Source: Bugula neritina | Taxonomy: Eukaryota > Animalia > Bryozoa | NCBI GenBank assembly: GCA_964035545.1 | Contig: OZ037771.1 | Location: 8,363,408 to 8,427,407, forward strand | Direction: 5' to 3' | DNA: 64,000 bases | In this document: positions 56,301 to 64,000 of the stretch, in pieces | Layout of the letters: every line of letters starts with the position of its first letter | Numbering within the stretch: the first letter of the stretch is position 1 | Made by a program: the position numbers and the translations under genes | Notes under the pieces: model-generated | Databases searched by the model: none | What the model was told of the DNA's origin: nothing | Seen by the model: the letters and a program-made list of their open reading frames with translations, nothing else

Positions 56301-58598
56301 TATTACTATGTACTGTAATATTGGTCTATTATTAATAGAGTAATAGCGCTACTATTAGTATTATTAATATTAATACTATTAGTATTAGACTTAGTATTAC
56401 TATTGAGTGATGTTACAAAATGACATTCAAATTAAAAAGTATTATAAGATACAGTACTATTAATAAATTATCAATATGAATATCAATATTCACTAAATAA
56501 AAAATTTATCATTATCATTATGATTATGAGATCGAATTTAATAATATTTATAGTATTATTACTATTAGTATTAGTATTACTATTAGTGACCATCAAAGGG
56601 AAACAGAAATTGGCATTATTGTTATGAATACAACTTCACTTACAGCTTATAAAAGATTATCATTATGATTACCTCAGTTTATTACCTCAGTTGAGGTAGG
56701 ACTTCCGCAGCACCTGGAAAGTTTATAGGGAAGCCTCTAGTGACAACTTACATCAGACCAGGGTTAGCACTAGTTACAGCATTTGTCGTTTTGTAATTAG
56801 TTATTATATTCTCGGCGTATTTCACGAATTGTTCGTGGTAGAAAACTAGTGTGGAATATGTTTTTCCTAAATGATATAGAGATAAGCTCTCCTCTGGCAG
56901 CCGCTCGAGTGGTTACAGTTACAAATTTCCTGTCTTTAATTATTTTGTCATAGGCTCTGGATAGAGATTGGTGTTGTTCCTTGTTTTGAAGAATTCGGGT
57001 CAATAAACACAGTCGATGATTTTTCGTCTGTCTTCCAGCGACCGGAGTCCTAACTCATCCCTCTATATCATGCACCTTACTTCCAGCCGCAGGAAGGGGT
57101 ACCTCAGGGATCAGTTCTCGGGCCTGTGCTTTTCCTGATATTTATCAATGACCTTCCAAACGAGGTAGATTGCCCAGTCGCCCTATTTGCAGACGACACC
57201 TTAATGTACCAGACCATCACAAGCCAGCAGGACACAGCCCGTTTTCAGCACAACCTGAACTCTTTGGACTCCTGGGCATGTAGGATGGGTATGTCTTTCA
57301 ATGTGAAAAAAGCAAGATCATCATCTTCAGTAACAAGAAATTCACACATAACTATCCACTTGGAGGCCAGACTCTCGCAGTTGTTGACCACGCGTTGTAT
57401 CTTGGTGTCACAATACAATCAGACCTGAAGTTCGACATGCATATCCAGCAGAAATTACTCACAGCAAAACGACAACTCGGGATGATTAAAAGGGCACTGT
57501 ATTGGGCACCAGAAAAGGTGAAGTTAATAGCATACAAAGCCCTGTGTCGTCCTCACCTAGAATATGCTGCTGCTGTGTGGGACCCTAGCTCCAAGAAGGC
57601 TGTAGTAGATATTGAGCAAGTGCAAGAGCAGACTGTGAGATTTGTGGCAGGTATTAAAGGCAGGGGTGACTCAGATGAGGCAAGATCTAGGCTTGGATTA
57701 ACCCCCCTGCAAAACAGGCGCAAAGACCTACGACTTAGTCTCTTGATGCGGATCCTGGCCAAAGAGGAATATCATCCTTCACTCTCAAAATCGTATGAAC
57801 ACCTCATCGACCAGCCCACTACATCAGTTACCACCAGGTCCCAGTCAAATGACATGCCCACCACTTTTAGGACTAACACCTCACTATTTCATGCCAGCTT
57901 CCTACCCAGAACAATACGTGATATGAAAATAACATCAAAATGCTGCTCACAGACAGGCCTCATAAGGCCCTGTACTGGCACCAAAGTCTTAAAACAGAAC
58001 TGTACTCATGTAATAAAAGTATTAACTACATTTAATAATTCTGTTCACCAAACGAGGCACGTCGCTTACACTAATCTAGTGGTCTAACGTGATTGCGTCT
58101 TCAAGTAAGTATCCCAAACCACATCCGCATAATCGAGTATAGGCCTGATAATATTAATTATATATTGATATATTATTATTATATTTATTGTAAGTGTAAG
58201 TATAACTATGTCTATAGTTTGTACCTATGAGTATAAGTTTATAATAATTATAATAATATTAATAATATATTATTATAATTATAATAATATTTATTTATTT
58301 TTAAATGTTAATGTAATATTTAATTTTATATTGATAATTATAATATTACTATTATTGATACTTCACCTTTACGCAGGCCAAAGGGACCACGGAACTTGTA
58401 ATCATATCCAATGATGTTAGACCTAATATAATTTATTAGCTCAATAGACCCTTTATCTATAGATAGATCAGACGTTGCTAGCAGGTGATGCAAATTTTCA
58501 TCAACAAATTCAAAGTCGTAAAACTTTCTGTGGCCATGCACGTCTACTTCACTCCGAGTCCGTGTACTTAAACTTACTCTTACGCCTTCTGGGAGCAT
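39608..58598 (-). CDS. Fusion protein: SufS-type (class V PLP aminotransferase) cysteine desulfurase + TtcA-like tRNA 2-thiocytidine sulfurtransferase (about 19 exons)
   Basis: Starts 58598 (..[17 protein letters not shown]). N-terminal half: [11 protein letters not shown] (about 53860), [43 protein letters not shown]-lysine motif [10 protein letters not shown] (about 50050), [10 protein letters not shown], catalytic-loop [10 protein letters not shown] (about 47770), PGFVRLNL. C-terminal half: PP-loop [12 protein letters not shown] (about 45020), [31 protein letters not shown]. The last exon ends ...EESLQR* with TAA at 39608-39610. Confidence 0.9.
40437..40593. mobile_element. Small inverted-repeat element (MITE-like); related ends at about 12140 and 20578
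   Basis: gtgcagtaatagagaaatt ... aatttccctattactgcac; the same left end appears as ggtgcagtaatcgagaaattgagaaaagcctg at about 12142. Confidence 0.55.
41410..41919 (-). CDS. Nested two-exon gene, 124 aa: DUF5679-like CxxC..CxxC zinc ribbon + protamine-like R/K/S-rich tail
   Basis: Exon 1 is 41919-41759 ([53 protein letters not shown]), donor ag|gtattt. A 135-nt intron ends in tttttctattcttttag. Exon 2, 41623-41410, is in phase: (S)[70 protein letters not shown]. Minus-strand AATAAA at about 41117-41122. Confidence 0.8.
42345..42666. repeat. 20-bp minisatellite, about 16 copies
   Basis: Unit gattactaagcactagtact. Confidence 0.9.
47171..47378. repeat. (TA)n microsatellite
   Basis: Seen directly; it produces the spurious IYIY ORFs. 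Confidence 0.95.
47410..47543. mobile_element. Short foldback element with 30-bp inverted repeats and TTAA|GG..CC|TTAA ends (Kolobok-like MITE)
   Basis: tttacatttaagggacacttactattacaa ... ttgtaatagtaagtgtcccttaaatgcaaa. Confidence 0.6.
49237..49469. mobile_element. MITE/foldback with long, internally repeated inverted arms and a G-rich core
   Basis: ggcacaggtaataatggcacaaatggcaaagtaggtaaaaatggcac ... gtgccatttttacctactttgccatttgtgccattattacctgtgcc is a perfect inversion of about 47 bp. Confidence 0.8.
50120..50270. repeat. 17-bp degenerate minisatellite next to a minus-strand acceptor
   Basis: Unit gtcataccgtatattca. Confidence 0.75.
54030..54620 (-). mobile_element. Degenerate R4/Dong-like non-LTR retrotransposon remnant
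   Basis: Minus-strand translations [19 protein letters not shown] and [34 protein letters not shown] resemble the post-RT region of R4-clade elements (LNGxNxIxAINTWA; LHPKxDVDRLYxxRxEGGRGL). Stops and frameshifts present. Confidence 0.65.
54909..55135 (+). mobile_element. tRNA-derived SINE, copy 2
   Basis: Head has an A-box-like tggtctaggggttaga and B box ggttcgagcccc, followed by a tRNA-unrelated body gatgttaggaagagcatccagtcataattgctcctgtgcc that is shared with 18040-18260. Confidence 0.85.
55340..56065 (+). mobile_element. Heavily decayed 3' fragment of a CR1/L2-like LINE
   Basis: AQGSVL...FFIFINDLP, tttgcggatgac (FADD), [11 protein letters not shown], and a terminal F-x-PRTI-like segment; many frameshifts. 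Confidence 0.75.
56770..57060 (-). mobile_element. 3' end of a related LINE, inverted
   Basis: [20 protein letters not shown]...[13 protein letters not shown] is homologous to the end of the 57075 element. Confidence 0.75.
57075..57935 (+). mobile_element. 5'-truncated CR1/L2-like LINE reverse-transcriptase fragment
   Basis: [30 protein letters not shown], a frameshift near 57305-57312, then [37 protein letters not shown]. Confidence 0.9.
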
Positions 58599-61500
58599 TT
58601 TGCGTTCACGTTGTAATTGTATTTCTTATTATAACCTTTGTCTGCCAAAGATTTAGTAAAATTTAATTTAAATTGTAATGATAAAACTTGGTACTTTGTC
58701 ACTTTTTTGGTGCGATTCAAATTTACCCTTTGCTATATTGACTATTTACTTGATTCCAATAACATAGTACTTAAAGACATCAGTTGAGTAAGGTGAAGGA
58801 TAACATAGCCTTAATTTTATTTTGAAAGCTGTTAGCGTCTCGCAATTCAACTGTTGGGCTAACAAAGCAGGAAGCATGAATATAAAATAATAACAAACTA
58901 AAACTGGTGACATTTGGAATTGTAAGTGGTAAACCTCATTCTGCGATCACTCACGATGGCTTGATTAGTTGATGCACCAGAAGGCATTTTTCACATTTGA
59001 ATTTTGAAAAAGAAAATAAAAACTATGCTGTAGAGTAAGACTAGTATCAAAATTCTAAAGTGAGTGGTTTACATAACTCTTGCTCAATAATTATAAATTG
59101 ACAGCTTGAACTTCAACTTGCAACTTTCAGTTTCTACCGTAGCCGTAGGCGTAACTCACAAAATAAATAGAAGATTTAGATTAGCGTCAAGTTTAAGACT
59201 ATCACAGTCATTAAATTCAAGACTAAGAGTAAGTGTTACATGTAACTGTAAGTGTAACGCTAAGTCATCACTCATAACTCATAAGACAAGTGTTATCAAG
59301 TGGGTAATTATAATTGAGTATTATTAAACATTACTTATTAGTTATTAGTATTAGCCTACTATAACTATTAGTACTAGTATTAATATTATCATTAATATTA
59401 GTATTATAATTAGTATCACTATCATTATTTCTAAAGTTACAGGAATCCTATGCTTAAACCTTAGTGGTTTAGGTTAAGAATAAGACTCAGTAGAGTAGCA
59501 AAAGGTAAAGTAAAATATAGGGAAATTTTTAATTTTATGTTACACTTTACGGTCAGTTCTTATCGTAACTATTTTACTTCCAGTTTCTTAGTCGTTCTGT
59601 ATACTTTTTACAATAACAATTATAGTCACAATTATAATAAAAGTCACTATTGTTATTATAGTTACTGTATAACAATAGCTATGGATTTTCCAATTTCATA
59701 TTGAAATATAAGTCTCGATTCTGATTTTCACTTTGATTTTCTCTTGCACCTAATCTTATAGTTGTAAACGAAATTTAAGTTTACACATTATAAACGGTCT
59801 AGCAGTATTTGTATTGATATATTTGAATTCCATCTTTTTATTCCTCAACAGAATGTTTAACTTAGGGCTTGTATGCATATCGAGACTTTAAATGTTAATA
59901 TAGTTCATATTTTATTAAATGTGGTTCTAAGTCACAACTAGTAAATTATTTAAGGCTAAGCAAGTCAAACTATGGTTTAGATAAGAACTTCTGAATCTGA
60001 ATAAAGTCAGCTAATGACTGCTGTCATTTACATTGTGTATTTATTTGAACAACTGTAAAGTAACTGTGGTTTTCAAAAACTAGTTGAAGTTCGCTTGCTA
60101 TAAACTCTGAAAACCAGGTCAGACAATTTGAGACTTGTTGAAAGACTGTCAGGAATTTTAGTTCAAATACGCTGCTTACAAGTGCAAGTCAATTCACTAA
60201 CTGTATTGAGACAACTTGAACGTGACTTTAACCCAACTCCGCAATTTATGTTTGTTTTTCTGCAGCTGAACCTTTGGCTATGCTTGTTAGCTCTACTTTA
60301 TGATTATATATTGCATACTTGATGTTAAATTGTACTTGTTATAATGCTTTGCATTGACTACTAGATAATTGCAATGATAAGCATGCAAGTGTCTATAAGT
60401 CAGTATAAAATCATATTATTGCTTATAAATCTAGGTTTAAAAAACTGTAACGCAAATACTGACAGTCAAACTGTGAATTACTAGTGGCATTGCAATTGTT
60501 GAAGATTAGTTAAAATTGAATACTATCAAAAATTATTACATCGAGTATTTGCAATCATTTGTTATAATAATATATCCATTTTTATAAATATAGGTATACA
60601 TTATATAGTATGTATTATATGTATACATAATATAACTTTTAATAAATATTTATAAATTTGAATAACTACTAACTTAGATTTCTAACCCAAAATGTATTGA
60701 TGTTAATCGAATTAAAATTTAGAAATGAAAATACACCATTTAGAATGAAAAAAAATGTTTTTAGATGAAAAAGGTTATATTTGCTAGTCGCTACACATTA
60801 TATATTTTTTGTAGCTATATTATTTATTTTCTGTCAAATTATGCTTTGATGACTTATTTGTAACATTTAGTATGCGCAAAATGGGATTCAGTGGAAGGTG
60901 CTTTAATCGGCAAGATATTTGTGTTTGGAAATTGGTCGTAAAATTTTCTGGACTTATATTTAAAAATATATTATGCTAATTAGGAGTTATTTAAGTTGTA
61001 TTTTTATTCATTTTAATTTGGTCTCTTGAACATTTGTTTTAAATATATTAACATTACTCATATGAATTTTCTTTCAATTTTTGCTTTGGAAAATATGTAT
61101 AGCTAACCAATTAACTTCTTTTTCATGGGGTAATTTCTTTTTTGGTTTAGAAGGCTAGGCTGTGTGGCCTTAATGTATTTGGCATATCTCTAGAAAGATA
61201 GCAATACTTGAACTCTGAAATAACTTAGATAACATGCTTTTCTAGTATTGTAATTATTTATTATTTGGAAAAACAAATATAGCCCACTACACCAGCTACT
61301 TGTCATTTTTATTGTTGATCAGATTAGATAACCAATTCTAATTGGTCAACTGTTGAGCCAATCAGAGAGTGATACACTAAACACTTCAATCTAGTTCTAT
61401 TTTAAGGGTACTAACATACTACTTTTAAGCTGTGCTTAAGTATCAATATTATCAAGCTCTCTGTGTCTTATTGATAGTTTTATTTTTATGAGTTAGAGTG

Positions 61501-61886
61501 TTAGTTTATCGTATACACATTAGCAGCTCATAAAGCTGATGTATTACAGTGACAATAACGTACGAGTTTATCATTCTATTCAATGCAGTGTTAGCCTGTA
61601 GCTTCCTCATGAAAGTTCAATGTTTACAAATATCATTGACAGAGCTCTTACTTTGTTGTATTCTCACCTTTTCACATAACCTTGATACAAGCTAGTAAAA
61701 GTTTATATGCTAGTTTGTATGAACCATTAAGTCATGTGACTACTCAAATTAGCAGCTCCTACATTAGTGACATGAAAATAGTGAGAAACAACATGCATCA
61801 TAGACTGACTTTTGTTCCTCTAACTGCTCAGCTCTGAAATAACCTGGTGGTTGTTCTGTAAATTTTTCTTCTTGTCTCAGAGTCAC

Positions 61887-64000
61887 ATGGATTGCCCTTA
61901 CTACCATGGAAATATTGATGGCGGGGAGGCTGAGAGACGTCTCTTACAGCACACGGGTAAAGACGGCACCTTCTTGTTTAGGGACAGTGGTAGTATCAAA
62001 GGAGCCTACATTCTTTGCTTACTGTAAGTCAGCATTACTGGTATGTTACTGCACGTTATATGATAATACAATATACAATAGTATAGCAGGCTAGCAATAT
62101 ACTTTGTTACCCATAATATGTAATATAGTTGAATAGTAATATACATATTACATAATATGACATGGTAAACTAGTAATATATGATAATATAATAGCAAGCT
62201 AAAAACATATTGTGTTTGCAGGCACGAACGCAAAGTATATCAATACAGAGTGCTGACAGATAAAAACAAGAAGCTTTTTATTGAGGTAAGAGGATATAAC
62301 TACCAATAGATATTCTATAAGTACCAAAATTATTATAGCTGTAGTGATAAACCTAATTGTCTTGCCTTAGTATGATTGTATATTAGCTGACTTGAGTACA
62401 AAGTTACCTGGTGGCAGTGGGTACACCTATTACGTGTCAGTTTGTTAACCTTGCAGTTGGCTGCTCTAGCTCTTGCTGCTGTATAATATTTTTTAGTCAG
62501 TAACGAACCGTTCGGCTCGCCAGATGAGCACCCTGAATGAACTGGTGGAGTTTTACCTCTCCAAAGGCATTAGCAACGGCTTGAAAACGTCCTTGGTTAG
62601 GGGGGTGCGACGAGAAGGGATGGAGTTATCTGACAGTGATGACACAGGTGTGTGTTACTCTGTATTGTACTGTATCATACATATTACATAGTGTGTACTA
62701 TATTGTATAATACATATTACATAGTATGCACTATATCGTATAATACATATTACATAGTATGCACTATATCGTATAATACATATTACATAGTATGCACTAT
62801 ATCGTATAATACATATTACATAGTATGTATTATATCGTATAATACATATTGCATAGTGTGTACTATATTATATATTACATATTACATAGTGTGCACTATA
62901 TTTTACCATAGGTATTACATAGTGTGTATAGATAATAGAGAGAACAAATATTCCTCCTAATGCAATCACTACCTGGTCTATTTATCACAGAAAGGATGTG
63001 AACAAGGGTTATCCAGACATACCTTATATAATATCATTCTAATGCCTGGTTCACTAATGATACTTTTTATTCATTCTATTTATTATCTCTGTTGGTGTGA
63101 AAGCTATTGAAACCCTTTTGATGTTTCACATAAATAATTATTGTCTGATTCACTCCATGGTTACTTTATTCTATTCTTCAATATAGCACTTGATTTACTA
63201 CAGGGTAGCATCTCAACTTAATGACTGTTTAACATTTCCCGTATGTTCTGCGAGTCTGCGTAAATGGCTGCAATCATCAGACAGACAGACAGACACCAAT
63301 CTTCGACAAGATATTTTCTTCTATTTTGCAGAAGATGACGAAGCCTATGTGGACACAAAATATATATTCGGATCAGAAAAGGACCAACCAGATTTCATCA
63401 TGTCCACCGCCCACCAGTCCCGACAAAAGAGTGTTCATATATACTCGGAGCCAACCATTGACCAGGCGGCTCCTTTGAGTCGTTCTCCTCACCTTCAGCT
63501 CATTCGTACTTATCACGATCAGCTGGCTCAAGCTGATAGGTCCAGGTAAGTCACCATTTATTCTCAACTACTGCATTTTGTGTTATAGTACAAGCTGATA
63601 GGTCCAGGTAAGTCACCATTTATTCTCAACTACTGCATTTTGTGTTATAGTACATAGCGTCATCTTCCCAGTCTTCATGTTAGCTGTTTTACGACTTTAG
63701 ATCAGTTTATAATGGTTGTCATACGAGTTGTATTCATAGGAAGTCTGACTCATTCCACATCTGGTTAGTTGCTGGTTTAAATTATGTTGTACTGTGTTTA
63801 ATATGGAAATTAAAGATTTGGGAAGGTTTGCTGCACTTGAACTTTGTTTTACGTAGCTTATTACTGTTCTAGTTTGAAACATACATATCTATTTTTAGCT
63901 CGTTGCTAGATTACTACATAGTTTCTATAAGCCTGGTAAATCTTTGGTTTGAAAGTTTATGCTGTCCGTAATTTTGCAGTAAAATTGTTTTCAATGCTGT
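61887..64000 (+). CDS. N-terminal part of a SHIP-family (INPP5D/INPPL1-like) SH2-domain protein; continues beyond the window
   Basis: Exons 61887-62023, 62222-62285, 62498-62647 and 63331-63545 give MDCPYYHGNIDGGEAERRLLQHTGKDGTFLFRDSGSIKGAYILCLLHERKVYQYRVL...LNELVEFY...GLKTSL then an acidic stretch. This matches the SHIP N-terminal SH2 (HGNITRSKAEELLSRTGKDGSFLVRASESISRAYALCVL). The phosphatase domain is not in the window. Confidence 0.7.
62655..62930. repeat. 33-bp minisatellite directly after a splice donor
   Basis: Unit tacatattacatagtatgcactatatcgtataa. Confidence 0.85.
63529..63652. repeat. 62-bp direct duplication spanning an exon end and donor
   Basis: caagctgataggtccag|gtaagtcaccatttattctcaactactgcattttgtgttatagta occurs twice. 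Confidence 0.9.

Noticed and set aside
57126-58087. Functional or domesticated reverse transcriptase
   Set aside because: 5'-truncated (lacks the endonuclease and early RT motifs) and frameshifted.
39608-58598. Bacterial contamination as the source of the TtcA/SufS-like gene
   Set aside because: About 18 canonical spliceosomal introns containing host SINEs and LINEs, contiguous with clearly metazoan genes.

Overview
AT-rich, intron-rich animal genomic DNA (invertebrate; a lophotrochozoan is a guess, not shown). I reconstructed six spliced genes by hand. (1) NPAT/Mxc-like histone-locus-body scaffold, + strand, 1194-14949. (2) An orphan two-exon ORF, +, 17807-19001. (3) A secreted protein with three tandem IgGFc-binding (FCGBP N-terminal-like) domains joined by DNDCDG..DE linkers, +, 21332-38736; the three repeats share no intron positions. 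(4) A SufS-type cysteine desulfurase fused to a TtcA-type tRNA thiolase, - strand, 39608-58598. (5) Nested in an intron of (4), and split across frames in the ORF track, a two-exon gene for a 124-aa protein with a DUF5679-like CxxC...CxxC zinc ribbon and a protamine-like Arg/Lys/Ser tail, -, 41410-41919. (6) The 5' part of a SHIP/INPPL1-like SH2 gene, +, from 61887 to beyond the window end. Introns hold tRNA-derived SINEs, LINE remnants, MITEs and many minisatellites, several of which sit on and reiterate splice sites. The best candidates for new biology are (5), (4) and (3). Family assignments are from motif recognition, not database searches, and internal exon coordinates are approximate.
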